From Mytilus trossulus (Eukaryota), in assembly GCF_036588685.1 (NCBI RefSeq), contig NC_086378.1:57598001-57662000 (forward strand): DNA of 64,000 nucleotides. The letters are read 5' to 3'. Under the pieces are notes generated by a model. That model searched no databases and was not told the DNA's origin. It saw nothing but the letters and a program-made list of their open reading frames with translations. The position numbers and the translations under genes were made by a program. Below, in pieces: positions 13,450 through 27,271 of the stretch (position 1 is its first letter; each line of letters opens with the position of its first letter).

Positions 13450-16400
13450 TAGTCCATCAGCTGGTAGGGCAAAATTTCAATTCCGTGTTACACCCCAGGG
13501 TACCGCAATTTTTTTTGTATAAATTTAAAGAGTTATATCGGAAGAATATTTTAAGAGGTGTTAGACTTTTGAAAAAGTGTCCAAAAGGGGTTAAAAGGGA
13601 CTTATTTAATGTTTTATGTTTTGCACATATTTACAGAAAAATGTAAAAATAACCAAGTATTCAGTACTATTCTTTTTATTAAATGGAACACATCATATCT
13701 TATTAAAACACAGGCTTATTTTCTTTTTTTTTTTTAAATCGTAGAGGACCAAGAAAAAAAGGGGGAGGGTCGTTCCAAATATCATGATTTTGAATAAAAA
13801 GAAGCATACGTACTAACTTTCTTGATAAAATGGTATTTCATTTTACATTGAAACATAGAGCATAAAGTAACTAAAGGCAGTTGAAAAAACATTAAAAGGA
13901 AAGAAACAAAAACATGGAATCAACGACAAACACAAACATAAGCAATCAGAAACGCACGATTCTGTCACAAATTTATACATCACATTCATGAAATAACTCA
14001 CATATTAAAACACACAAAACTCAGGGTTTCTAGATCTCTATTTAAAAAAAAAATTAACAACCGAATCACCACATTTTAAGGTCACGCAGAAGGTCAATCC
14101 ATAGAATCATCATCAGTTTGGTCACCTGCATCTACCGAATTATCATTATCATCATTTCCATCATCTTCGTCGTCATTGTTAGCAATATCAACGATTTGAT
14201 AATCCTTATATCTACACGCTTTCGAGCATCAACATTCAGCTATCTGTTCAGAATAAACCTTGTTGAACACATGCACATCTTTTGTTGACACAACCAGCTT
14301 TACATAAACAGCACATCAGAATTATCAAAGCATCTAACGATGGTGGTTGGTCGAGCCAATTGATATTGATCAAAGCGTTCTAAACAATCCAACCATAGTT
14401 GTTTGGCAACAGACCAGTGTTGTGTTTAAGAGCAGATTTCCCAATCTTCGTCTGAAAGTTGGCTAGTTTAATGTGCTTTAACATTGCATCTTTTGCATTT
14501 CAATCTTTATTCTGATTTTTATTCATCGATATTTTTAATTTCGTAGCCATATAACACAAAAAACTCTCGAGTGTTTTGACAACTTTTCGCCAACCTCTTC
14601 AAAGGTTTCACTAATATGGAATAGACCTTCTGAAAACTCCCCAAAAACGCGTCAAAAAGCCGAATGCTTTGTTTTTTTCTTTACCAGACAAAACACTAAC
14701 TGAATCACAACCTGTATTGGTGTGAAATCCTGGCAGTTTTCTACAAACATGCTTACCAAATTTCGCACACATTGATTGCACATTTAATAATCTGCATTTG
14801 GAAGATGTATCTTCCCGTCTAACAATGTTAGAATTGATATGCAACTGTGAAAATAATAGGCCAATACTTCCACATCAGTGTCAGAAGGTTTTTTAACAAT
14901 GGAGTCGTAACTTTTGTCAGCTGCATGTTTTTTGCATTTAGAAACATTTTTTAATCAGCTTCTTCCCGTTTGATTATAAGCTAAAACCATTCTACGCTAT
15001 TTCATTTTCAACATATATTTTGTGGCACATACTTCCATAGGATACAAATAAATCAATACCTTCAAGTGTAAATCTATAGGATTGTTTACTCTTTTCCAAA
15101 CCAAAAAAATCAACAAGAGCAACTTTGTTTCCCCCAACTAACAAACATTTCTGTCATTCCCAAGAACACGATTGTGATGGTCTAGAACTTATCGTAACGA
15201 TTTGCCCTCCCAAGAACCTGCCGTACTAATTTCTTTATGAATAATGTGGGAAACTAATCAGTGACAAAATCAATGCGGGACCTCTTTTCGAAACTAAACG
15301 GATGGTTTTTAAAATAATAATTGGCAAATCGAAAAAGATGCTTGGTATCCTAATAATGGATTAAATAACTGCCAAGTCATCAAATATCCACATGCTTTCC
15401 TAAGGAATGACCTTTTTCTAAAAGACCATCCAGGACAGATTTGATTTTTTCATTACATGTGTACCATCAAAGTTTGCAAGAGACATTAAAAGAGGACCTT
15501 ATTCAAACTGGAGAACCTATCGCATAACCAACTATCTTGTCTGGGCTATGACAAGCTGGCGACATTTTTTCTATCTGCTCTCAATGTTTTGTTGTTCTAA
15601 TCAGCCATTAACAGCTTGCTTTTTATTTCCTTTTTTAAAAATGTAAGAAATGATTTTCTTTTAAGTGTTTTGAAGATATTGGTTGACTTTTTGATAGGCC
15701 GTTGCGTAATGAAAATTTCTGAAGCAAATTCTACCTTTCCATACGCGTTTAGAAGGTCTCACGTTAATTCCAAAGAAGCAACATAACTTGAGAACAAGCC
15801 ATGTAACTGTTGAGATTTTTTAAATTGATTTGGCCAGCTTTGTAGTGTCTGAAACAATTTCAAAAGATCAGTTTCGTCTCACATTATTTGAGTTTTTCAG
15901 AGTTCTCTTTGGGCGGATGTTTCAGGGTTATCCATTCCTACCAAATCTTGACATTTTGAGAATATTTAAGCTCTTTCATGTGCATTTAGCAACCAACGTT
16001 TATCAGAATATTTATTGAAACTTAAACTAACAAAGCCATTTTTATTTTGTATCTCTAAGAAACATAAGACAGTAAAAAGTATTGCCAAATCCCACAACGG
16101 ACTATTTGACGTTCGTTCAAAGCGATGCTTGTCGATTGTATGACTTAACAATCTTAATTAAGCCAAACACTACATAGCTAAAACACAAAATGTTATCAAG
16201 CACACCTTTATTGAGTTCAATAGAGTGCACCTTTTCCGAACGCCAAAAAAATCACATTAATTTGTATTTTCCCATAAATATTTCGTTACACATTCACTTT
16301 ATAAAATAAGTTGTCTCACAAAAACATCATAAAGCGACAAATAAATTTTTGTTTTTAGTTGCAATTTGATAATGCTTATGTGTGAATACATTGTACATGT

Positions 16401-16981
16401 TATATACTGAATCAAAGACGGTAATTTGATGATTTCCGGTATTTCACGAGTATTTGCACGTACTTATATGTTATCAAATAATTCATATTTCAGACGATAG
16501 ATAAAAACTGCAAATGATTTAAACATTGCATAATGATTAATTCTCAAGTTTAATTAACTAAAACGGGTAATTGTATAACGAATTTCTTTATGAAAGGAGA
16601 AAATATGCCTTAATTTGAAGCCAAAAAATCAGATTGTTTGTAATGCAAAAAACATTTTTGTTAAAACAAAAATCTTCCAAGTTACATTTAATATCATAGT
16701 TTTGTATCTGTTTTAGTTGTTTAAACCTAGACTTTATTTTTTTTTTGATCGCTTTATATTAAAAAATTAAATTAAAAATTACTTAGTCGTGATTGCTAAA
16801 TGAGGGGACTATTGAAAGGGACGTTTTTAAACCTCTTTTGGACACTTTTTCTTTAGTCTAACACCTTGTATTTTATCAATAAGATAATGAAGTTAAATTA
16901 TATAAAAAAAAAATCGCGGTACCCTGGGGTGTAACACAAACTCCTTAACTAACGCGCTTTTGAGATCTAGCTGATGGACTA
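13450..16981 (-). mobile_element. Academ DNA transposon, decayed
   Basis: CAA|TAGTCCATCAGCT...AGCTGATGGACTA|CAA: 3-bp TSD, TAG termini, ~160-bp imperfect TIR. Minus-strand remnants REEAD, SDTDV, LPGFHTNTGCDSVSVLSGK (XPG-like domain) and a Cys-rich C-terminal segment (about 14230-14305, frameshifted). Confidence 0.85.
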
Positions 16982-17229
16982 CAAAGCTAGGTCTACAGTT
17001 ATGTTGTTATATCGGTATAAGGTCAGTCATAAGTGATAAAAAAATAAATTTTGCAAAAACTTGACGTACATTGCATTGTTTTAACTTCAGTCAGAAAACA
17101 ACTTACAATTACTGATAAAATCTATTTTTATTTATGTCAAGGAAATATTTGCTAAAAAATTACCAAATATATATACAAATGTTTTAAAATACCTACAAGC
17201 CGGTATTTTGATACCAAAAAAATGTGGAA

Positions 17230-18368
17230 GCATCCCACGCAATTTGTTATATATTTTTGGCACAATAATTGTGATTTATTATATCCCAAAAAACTCTTTT
17301 CAAATACCGTGTTGCCATATAAAATGGTTTTCACTGATGCCAGTAGATTTGCATCAATAAGTTATGCAGTTATAATATTTACGAAAGTTGTTCACAAACT
17401 GTAGACAACTGATGAAAAGCAAAAGAGTTTAAGCTATAGAGAATGTTTTGATAACAATTATGTTTTGATACAAGACTTTCATGGTCATTTCATTAAAATT
17501 TATACAGACAATAATAATGTCATCAAGATTATTTAAGCTTGGAGTTATAGGCTGAATTTTAACTTTAGCAATAAAAAAGTATGATTCACGTGTGTCAACG
17601 CTGTTTCAATAGAAGTCAAATCGGTTGGAAGAGACCAAAACCAAATATATGACTTCATTTCTATCATTTTGACTTCGTTGATTTGGACATTTTAGATAAT
17701 CATTAGTAGATATAATACAGTTTACAGTTTTCAATTCCTTGTGATGTATTCGTGGATACAAATCAGAATAATTACTCAAGTTTTTTTCTCATTGGCATCC
17801 CGGATTGGGAGGTATAGACGTTTCCGCATATTACTTGTCTTAATATAAATAGATATGATTGTAACGATTTTAGATTGATTAGTAAGTAAACAGTGCATTT
17901 AAAAAAAGTGCCAAAGGAAAGTTGTATTGATTGTACAAGAGAGGACATCATTAGGTGTTTTTTGCCAATCATAAAGTGTTTGTTTAGTGGTTGTCGTTTG
18001 TTGATGTGGTTCATTAGAGTTTCTCGTTTTTTGTTATAGATAAGACTGTTGGTTTGCGTGTTTGGATTGTCTACACTTGTCATGATTAGGGCCCTTTATA
18101 GCTTGCTGTTCGGTGTCAGACAATGCTCCGTATTTTGACCTTTAATTGTTTACTTTTACACACTGTGACTTCGATTGAGAGATGTGTCATTGGCACGTAT
18201 GCGACATCTTCTGATATCTATGTAAAAGAAAAACCCTGTTGGTGTATTTGTCAAAACAATCATCGATTGCAAACAAACAAGTGGCTTATTTCATGAAATA
18301 TCAGATTCTTAAAATATTTTTGAAGCTGATCGTTTGGCCTTAAATGTTCTTGTGTCAAATTTAGATTA
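17230..18368 (+). pseudogene. Fossil DIRS/Ngaro-type retrotransposon: RNase H and downstream methyltransferase-like region
   Basis: FWHNNCDLLYPKKLF...MVFTDASRFA...KVVHKL*TTDEKQKSLSYRE, IKIYTDNNNVIKII, SIEVKSVGRDQNQIYDFIS, HWHPGLGGIDVSAY; interrupted by a repeat at about 17870-18220. Confidence 0.7.
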
Positions 18369-18682
18369 ACCTAGGTAATAGGGTTCAGTTCTTACCATAG
18401 TGACAGAGACCAGAAGTTACACCGGTCCTGTTCTTGGTATTTGAGATGTGAATCATGTGATTAGTTTGCCCGTGAAAGGATAGACATTGTATTCCTGATT
18501 TACCCGTTATAGGTGTTCCTGTATATGGTTCTGAAAGAAGGCCTTACGTATAGTCTAAGATTGTGCACCTAAAGAAATCTAATTTCGTGTGTTGAGATCA
18601 GCAAATTATTTGTATCCCGTGATGGGTTTATATTTCTCTAATTTTCATGCTATTTTCACATTTCCTGACCGGTGTGAGAATA

Positions 18683-18978
18683 GATATAGGAAGATGTGGT
18701 GTGAGTGCCAATGAGACAACTCTCCATCCAAATAACAATTTAAAAATGAAACCATTATAGGTTAAAGTACGGCCTTCAACATGGAGCCTTGGCTCACACC
18801 GAACAACAAGCTATAAAGGGCCCCAAAATTACTAGTGTAAAACCATTCAAACGGGAAAACCAACGGTCTAATCTATATAAACAAAACGAGAAACGAGAAA
18901 CACGTAAATATTACATAAACAAACGACAACTACTGTACATCAGATTCCTGACTTAGGACAGGTGCAAACATTTGCAGC
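18683..18978 (+). repeat. Young interspersed repeat copy (same family as 3416 and 7585)
   Basis: Near-identical by eye. Confidence 0.8.
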
Positions 18979-19619
18979 GAAAAATATTTCTAATCTCTAG
19001 TGAAAAATTTGTTCTCAGCAAAGATGGGTCGAAATTATATTGTTACGTTTAATTTTCTTTGTTTCTTCTGAATTTTCCTATTGTGACGTCATGATAAAAG
19101 GCGACCATGCCTGATGACGTCACATAAATGTACACAACTTTCTTCGAATCCTTGAAAAAGAAGGATAAAGTCATTAGAGAAACAGATTCCACCACTATAA
19201 CTCGTGTATTATGATATTGCTCCATTCTCGACAGTTAAATTTTAACTTTTAAAAAATCTAGCCAAAGCCTCGCGCTTGAAATATCAAAATTTAACTGTCT
19301 CGAGTGGAGAAATATCGTAACACACTTGTTCCAGTTGTGGAATCTATATTTATAAGTTTTGTCACTGTGATCAGGTCTATTTTCCTGAGATGTGTAGGTG
19401 TCTAAATTGAAATAGTAAATTTGCCTGTTAGTTTTATTTATTTTTGAATACATTTATTTTTGCTGAAATTTACTGTTTAAGTAAGACCTTTTAGGTTTTG
19501 AAATACTATTTTTTTGTCGCACCTCTTTCGTTTTATTCCTGTTTTAACGTTTGTGTAAAACGTTTTGTAATATATTTTCAGATGATTCAATGTCTTGTTG
19601 AGAATAGTCACAAGCAGTC

Positions 19620-20274
19620 CAAAATCTGTCATTACGAGACATTGAAAGTAAACTGTCAAGAATAACAGAAATGCAATGGCAATTACACAGGTACAGTTAT
19701 GATTTTAAATGATTTAGTTTTGGTGTTCTAAATACCATTGATGTCCTCTGCTAGCTTCAATGACAACTGTCTTTTTCATCACGTTTGGTACAATTGAAAT
19801 TGTCAGCATAATATTGTTTAAAATCGAGCACTATATGGTATAAAATGGGGATATGATTAATTAAAACCAGCTGTATATTAATGTGTTCTCATTGAATTAT
19901 GGTACAATTGTAAAGTACTAATCTTCAACTTTGTTCTATATTTGACCTTTATAACACTCTTTGATCTGAGCGTCATTGACGAGTCTTTTGTAAACGCTAC
20001 GTGCGTCTGACGTAAATATAAATGTTTGATCATGGTATCTATGATGACTTGATTCATTAAATTATGGTCAAGAGTTGTAGAAAGAGGATTGAACCTATTA
20101 TCAAAATCAGTTAACAAGAAAGAACCAATTCCTTTAGATATAATAAAGAGAATTACAGCAAACTTTGGTTTATCTAACATACAACAGAATATACTATTTA
20201 GTTCTTTTGAGTTACGCAGATAAAGTGACCTTTCTCACTTAATAGTTTCGAATTAACAATTTTACAATGCACAC
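19620..20274 (+). pseudogene. Fossil tyrosine recombinase, N-terminal part
   Basis: RYSYDFK*FS/WCSKYH*CPLLASMTTV, ALYGIKWGYD, ERGLNLLSKSVNKKEPIPLDIIKRI, LRR*SDLSHL; interrupted by a hammerhead repeat copy (19890-20060) and cut by the BEL insertion. Confidence 0.7.
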
Positions 20275-20457
20275 TGTTGTGAATTAGTTATAGTTTCTTT
20301 ATACTCATTTATTTGTTTAACGTTTTACCGCCATTTACGTAACTATAGGCCCGCAACGTCGTCACTTGGCGACGTCACTCTTGTATATCATAGACTAGTA
20401 AAGCATACGAAACATTGAAGACGCTTTTGTGTTTACTATTATCGAAACGTCAAAACA
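20275..20457 (+). repeat. BEL/Pao 5' LTR (183 bp)
   Basis: Direct repeat of 25797-25980. Confidence 0.95.
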
Positions 20458-20458
20458 T

Positions 20459-20470
20459 TGGTGCCGTGAC
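20459..20470 (+). other. Primer-binding site, tRNA-His
   Basis: TGGTGCCGTGAC is complementary to the tRNA-His 3' end (GUCACGGCACCA). Confidence 0.75.
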
Positions 20471-20485
20471 AAAAACAGAAGAAAG

Positions 20486-23400
20486 ATGAGTACCGCGAAG
20501 ATGAAGACCAGACGAGCTGGACATCGGGGAGTTCTTACAAAATTACTGAAGAAAGTGGAACCGAGTTCCGAGGAACTTTTGCAGGAATATGACGTTAGTG
20601 AACTTTCAACTATTCGAGGACTTATTGTGAAGAAGCAGGAAATGATCGACCAACTGAACGAGAAGATTGTGGAGGAACTATCGGAAGAGGAAGTGAGCGA
20701 AGAAATAGAGGAAGCCGACAGATACACATATGACATAGAAATGAGTGTAACTAAACTTTCAAAAATCATTAAGGAATCGGAAATCACAGTCAAAGAGTCA
20801 AGTAAGTCATTGCTTAACCCAAATGCACACGAGTTTATTAATTATACAAATCATCAAGAAAATCAGTCCAGTTTCATGCACGCAAATACATCAGCGTCCG
20901 TTTTTTCAAACTCCAGCATGTACCACAAACTTCCCAAATTAAACTTACCAACGTTCGGTGGGAATATGTTAGAATGGCAACCCTTTTGGGATTCGTTTAG
21001 TGCTGCCGTACACGATAACCTGTCTTTAAACGATGTACAGAAATTTAATTACTTGAATTCTCAACTGTTCGGAGAAGCCACCCAATGCATAGCAGGTCTA
21101 CAAATAACTAACACAAATTACGGATAAGCATTACATGTACTGAAACAAAGATTCGGTCAACCACACAAGATAGTACAAACATACAGGCAGAGTTTAATCA
21201 GCCTTCCTAGTCCAACGTCAAATATTACACATTTGAAAAAATTCTACGACAGCATGGAAAACTACATCCGTGGCCTTGAAAGTATAGGGGAGTCTCACGA
21301 GTCATTCGGAAGCCTTTTAGTGCCCATAATATTAAATAAACTACCCGGGAATATACGAGAAAACATGGTACGTGCCCACGGAGGGGACCACTGGAACTTG
21401 CCGTCGTTACGGCAAGCTATTCAACATGATATAACGATTAAGGAAGCGGGTCAGTCGGTAAACGGTGATGATATAGAGCCAAATTACACACCCACATCAG
21501 CATTCTTTACGGGTACAATCGCAACTACACAAATCAGAAAGGGAAAAGAGACATAACCAAGAAGCCGTGCATCTTTTGTCAAGGAGTTCACGCCCCATTA
21601 GCTTGTAAAACTGTTACGGAAATTGAAGCTCGAAAACGCATTGTTAAGGAGAAACAGGCATGTTTCAATTGCTTAGGAAATCACAGAGTTGCCGATTGCA
21701 AATCCGATAAAACTTGTAAAAATTGTAATAAACGACACCATACCAGTATTTGTTCAAAGAATGAATCACACCTGTATACCAAGTCTAAAGATAGCAGTAC
21801 ATCAAAACCAGATACCGATGCCGCAGTCGCAAGTATGCATTCATCCACATCATCAGTTAGCTCGGAGGTATTGTTGAAAACCGCGATAGCGCCGATCACG
21901 TATGACAATACACATTTTAACACCGCCAATATACTATTCGACGAAGGAGCCCAGCGAAGCTTTATCACTCAAGAGATGGCCGATTTATTGAACCTGAGAC
22001 CACACAGGAAAGAAGCGATAACGATATCCGGTTTCGGTGAATCCAACAAGAAGGTTAGAAATTTACAAATTGCTACTATGTATATAAAAGGTCTAACGAA
22101 TACGCTTATCCCTATTGAAGTTCTTATAGTACCACATGTTGCTTATCCGATACATACATACGCAAGGAACCAGTCTAGTTTTACGCATTTAAATGGATTG
22201 AAGTTAGCCGACCCAGTTTTACAAGACGAGGATTTTTAGATATCAATCTTAGTTGGCGCCGATTATTATTGGGATATAGTTGGAGACAGAGTAATTAGAG
22301 GTTCCGGACCAACCGCTGTACAGTCCAAAGTTGGATACTTGTTATCAGGACCTATACAATTGAATAGTAACATTAATAATCAATCAACGTCATCGATTAT
22401 GAACATTTTGACCCCACACAGACTAGAAGAATGTGAAATACATAAATTTTGGGAAATCGAATCCATAGGAACAGAAACAGACAGCGAAGTGAAAGCGAAA
22501 ACAGACTTACAAGAAATGACCACTTACCAAGAGAATAACATTCATTTAAAAGACAATAGGTACATCGCCAAGTTTCCATGGAAACAGGAACATCCGGAGT
22601 TGCCGAGCAACGAGATGATCGCCAGAAAGAGAGCATATAACGTGATAAACCGACTTGCTAAAGAACCAGAGATGCTTAAGATATACGGTAACATAATCAA
22701 CGACCAAGAAATTCGAGGTTTTATAGAGAAGGTTGAGACCCCGGATGAGACTACTAATCGAGTGCATTATATTCCGCACCACCCAGTGAAAAAAGATTCA
22801 TCGACTACACCGATACGTTTAGTATATGATTGCAGTTGTCGTCAAGATTCAGAGTCACCCAGATTAAATGATTGCCTTTCTTCTACACCGCCGCAGCTTA
22901 ATAAGCTAACAGATATACTTACAAGATTTCGCTACGGGAAATACGCCTTAACAACATATATTGAGAAAGCATTCCTCCAGATTGGATTAGACGAAGAAGA
23001 CCGCGATTCCACCCGATTTTTCTGGCCTAGAGATCCAAGCAACCCCAATAGTGAACTTGAGACTTACAGATTCATGGTAATTTTATTCGGAGCGACATGT
23101 TCGCAATTTATTCTTCACGCTACATTATTGAAACATTTGTCAACGGTTACAAGTGCTACAGCTGAGATACTCAAGCGAGATTTGTATGTAGACAACGTAC
23201 TTACAAGTGTTCATACGGAAGAAGCCGCCTTAAATTTCTTTGAAGAATCTAGAGAACTCATGACAAATGCAGGATTTAATTTGAGAACATGGAAGTCAAA
23301 TAGCAAGCAACTTAGCAACGAAGCTATAAAGGCAAACGTACTTGATACGGATAGCGAGACGAAAATTCTTGGGATGCGTTGGGATGCGAAGTCAGACATG

Positions 23401-25712
23401 TTGACATTAGCGAAATTAAATGAAGATCGTATAGATATTGATAATTCACAAGCGACAAAGAGAGAAATATTGAGTAAATCATCGTCAATTTACGACCCAC
23501 TAGGAATTCTTGGACCAGTGACCGTAAGAGCTAAGCTACTGGTACAAACATTATGGAAAGAAGGATACGATTGGGACCAGGTGTTGCCTAGCAGTATAGT
23601 TAAATCATGGTATGAAATTTTAGATGACATCCGAGATGTAACAGTTAATACGAAAATCGCACGACATTATTTCAACGATCAAAATGAGAACGAAAGCAAC
23701 GAGAAAATCACATTACATGTCTTTGTTGATGCCAGCTAACGCGCTTATGGAGCCAGTGCCTACTTGTGTAAAGGAAACACTTCTTCCCTCGTAATTGCAA
23801 AAACCCGGATCGCTCCGCTCGCCAAAATGACATTACCAAAGCTAGAATTGATGGCTGCAGTAATAGGAGCTCGAATGGCTAAAAACATCACGAAAACCCT
23901 AAAACCACAACGCATAGTACTATGGAGTGACAGTCAGATAGTTCTGCACTGGATTTCGTCTTTAAAATCATTTGGAAGAATTGTTCAGAATCGTGTGATA
24001 GAAATTAAAGAATCGACACAAAATTACGACTGGAAATACGTACCAACAGACTCAAATCCAGCCGACCTTCAAACTAGAGGAATATCATCAACGCAATTCA
24101 AAGAATCGACTTTGTGGATGCAAGGACCGTCGTGGATATCGGATGAGAACAGTTGGCCTACATGGACCCCACAAGGTAAACAAGAGACTCTTTTGTTAAC
24201 GACAACAGTTGACAGCGAAACGACAAAACCGTGTGAATTAAGTGGAATTTCGAAAATAATTGATCTATCGAGAATCTCGTCATTAAAGAAGTTACTACGA
24301 GTTACATGCTACGTGTTTAAATTTGTGAATATATGTAAAAGTAAGCGACCGTATAACTTGAGGAAATATGCTAGACACGGAAAAGATATTACGAAAGATG
24401 AAATTGATCGCGCAACTCGTACATGGATTACAGATATTCAAAATGAAAAAATCAGTAATGAAAAGCAGCAACTCGCAAACCCGTCACATGACAAGAATAT
24501 ACCGTTAGTAAGACAACTGCGCTTGTTCATAGATACAGAAGGTGTCATTCGATGCGCCGGGCGCATACACAATTCACAGTTAAACGACTCCGCGAAGTTT
24601 CCAGTGTTACTACCGAAGAAAAATCAATTTACGGACTTAGTTATATTGAACGCGCACCTGCAGATGTTACATTCTGGTGCTTGACAGACAATTACGCAAA
24701 TCCGCCAATCATATTGGATACCTTCAATTAGACAATGCGTTAACCACATCGTACAGAAATGTGTAAAGTGCCAAAAAGTGACCGGAAAAGCATTTCCACA
24801 GCAAATTTCGCCTCCGCTACCAAAGGATAGAGTCACCGATATGATACCGTTTACGACAACTGGTGTTGATTTCGCTGGACCACTATTCGTTAAAGATAAT
24901 GGACTTGTTACAAAATCGTTTATTTGCCTATCCACATGTGCTTGTATTCGTGCCGTACACCTAGAACTTGTTACAGATATGACAATCGAATCATTCAAAT
25001 TAGCGTTTAGACGATTCGTTAGTAGGAGAGGAATTCCGAGTACTGTGTATTCCGATAATGCACCAACCTTTGTTTCCGCCTCACATGACATTCCGAAGGA
25101 AATAAACATTCAAATTAATTGGAAATTCCGAAAGTATCACCGTGGTACGGTGGATAGTGGGAGAGGCTAGTTGGAATTACGAAAACGACATTAAAAAAAG
25201 TGCTCGGAAAATCACAAGTAAATTCTGACGTATTACGAACAACTTTGATAGAAATTGAACGTGTAATCAACGATCGTCCAATTACGTATGTATCGTCCGA
25301 CATCCGAGATCCAGAGCCGCTTACGCCTTCACATCTGCTACAGGGAAGAACACTATCACAAGAGAACAATTCCGATTCAGAGGACAATAATTTTAAATTA
25401 GATTTCACAGAGGCAAACAAACGTTTTAATCATAAAGTAGCTTTGATTGAACACTTTGCAAAACGATGGAGAATGGAATACCTCACTGGATTAAGAGAAT
25501 TTCATCGCGTCGCGGGAGACAAAAGCGCACATGTGAAAATCGGTTCCGTCGTACAAATCATCAACAATTCACCGAGAATGATGTGGAAACTAGCAGTTAT
25601 AGAAGATTTGATCACCGGAAAAGATGAAGTCGTAAGAGCAGTCAAACTTCGGACATCAAATGGACTGATTACCACGAGACCAATTGTGAAACTGGTGCCA
25701 TTGGAAATATGA
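20486..25712 (+). pseudogene. BEL/Pao gag-pol polyprotein with stops and frameshifts
   Basis: DUF1759-like KLPKLNLPTFGG...WQPFWDSF; three Cys/His knuckles at about 21570-21750; protease LFDEGAQRSFI; RT LYVDN; RNase H VFVDAS; integrase GVDFAGP and SDNAPTF. Stops at 21125, 22237, 23737, 24682; frameshifts near 21540 and 25130. Confidence 0.93.
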
Positions 25713-25796
25713 ACTTTAATTGTTAAAAGTATTTTTTCATTAACCCCTTTTTATGAACAAAATATGAACAGTAATTGCATTTTGCGGCCCCCAGAA

Positions 25797-25980
25797 TGTT
25801 GTGAATTAGTTATAGTGTCTTAATACTCTTTTATTTGTTTAACGTTTTACCGCCATTTACGTATCAGTAGGCCCGCAACGTCGTCACTTGGCGACGTCTC
25901 TCTTGTATATCATAGACTAGTAAAGCATACGAAATATTGAAGACGCTTTTGTGTTTACTATTATCGATACGTCCAAAACA
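25797..25980 (+). repeat. BEL/Pao 3' LTR (184 bp)
   Basis: Direct repeat of 20275-20457. Confidence 0.95.
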
Positions 25981-25985
25981 CACAC

Positions 25986-26230
25986 TTTTGCATGACTAAT
26001 GTTTCTTAAAACCGACGTTTACAGACAAAGCAATGTCGATGTGCTCCGAGTTTTGTCTCTTGAAAATGTTAGAGAGATATTTGAAAGAAAGCAAATATTT
26101 CCCTATTCCAGATAATTTTATATTTAGTTCTAATTCATTTTTGAAATTAAAGAATAATAAAATTTTGTGTAAAGCTACGAAACCAATTTTATAAACAGAA
26201 GCAGGAGAGATATTATTTAGTGAATGGTCA
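25986..26230 (+). pseudogene. Fossil tyrosine recombinase, continuation after the BEL element
   Basis: KTDVYRQSN, FCLLKMLERYL, DNFIFSS, KPIL*TEAGEIL. Confidence 0.7.
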
Positions 26231-27271
26231 CAAGAAGGTTGTGAAAAGAACAAAGTAACATAAAACAATATCTTAAATAAAGGCATCTGTAGTATACCGC
26301 TGTTCAAAACTCATAAATTGGTTGAAAGAAAACAATTCCCTCAGACCGGGTAACAAACTTTAACCGAGGGAAACACATCAACTATAAAAGGAAAACAACG
26401 AAACAACAGAACACTGAAGTGCAACAAAAAACGACAATGCAAACATAATGACAATGTTAAAAATACCCCTAAAATGACAAATAAGCAGTTTAAAAAAGTT
26501 TGGATTTATAGCAGTTATTAATTAGACTAACCACAGCTACCCATTATGATTTTTCCTTTTGTGTTTGTAACTGCGTTGCACCAACGCATCTTTTAATCCA
26601 CCAAAGCTCCAGGTGAATTTATTTTAAAGTAATCGGAAAACTTGTTTTTGAAGAAACCGAGCAAGAGACAAATACGCAATCTAAATATATATGTACTGCA
26701 TCTGCATGTGAAGGTGAAATATATGTAAAGTCAACTATTAATTTGTATTGACATTTTATTTACTAATTATTCTACATCAATAGTATGTTTTTGCAAAACA
26801 TGTGGAAAAATAACAGTATAGCGAGGGTTATTAACTTGAAGATATTAAAATCAAAAGTGGAACAATGACATTTCCCTTGATAGCTAGAAAATTCGAACGA
26901 TCTGAAATAGTTTTTTTTTGTAGATTTAAAGTACTTTATTTCTTAACACTAATAAAAAAGAATAATAAGTTAAAATTTTAACGAAAATTTTAATTGTCTT
27001 TCGTCAAAAAAATAATACGCTTGATTTCAATTTTAGATACTGTTCAGAAAAAGAATCAATAAATGTGAACTTGATTTTTTTCACATCCTTTCAAAATCCA
27101 AAATACAAATCTATTTATTTAATTACTTCATAGCTTATTAAGAGAATAGTATTAATAAAAAAGATTTCAAAAGCCTTTTGTCTCTCTCCTAAACAAGTAC
27201 TTTACAACATATATATAGCAAATAAAATGACAATTTTTTGACGTTAATGAACATGACGACGTGTCCATTAT

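Larger units (their letters stand above)
20275..25980 (+). mobile_element. BEL/Pao LTR retrotransposon, full length, disrupted
   Basis: LTRs 20275-20457 and 25797-25980 (TG...CA; about 9 substitutions and 1 indel); 5-bp TSD CACAC; PBS; gag-PR-RT-RH-IN domain order. Confidence 0.96.

Noticed and set aside
18396-18530. 135-nt minus-strand open segment with AG/GT flanks (EPYTGTPITGKSGIQCLSFH...), faintly MAM-like
   Set aside because: No partner exons found, and it lies inside the plus-strand DIRS fossil; probably chance, though RNA-seq could rescue it.
20395-25420. Antisense ORFs within the BEL element (20395, 21681, 22397, 22546, 23211, 24624, 25115)
   Set aside because: Shadows of the sense gag-pol frame with no independent motifs.
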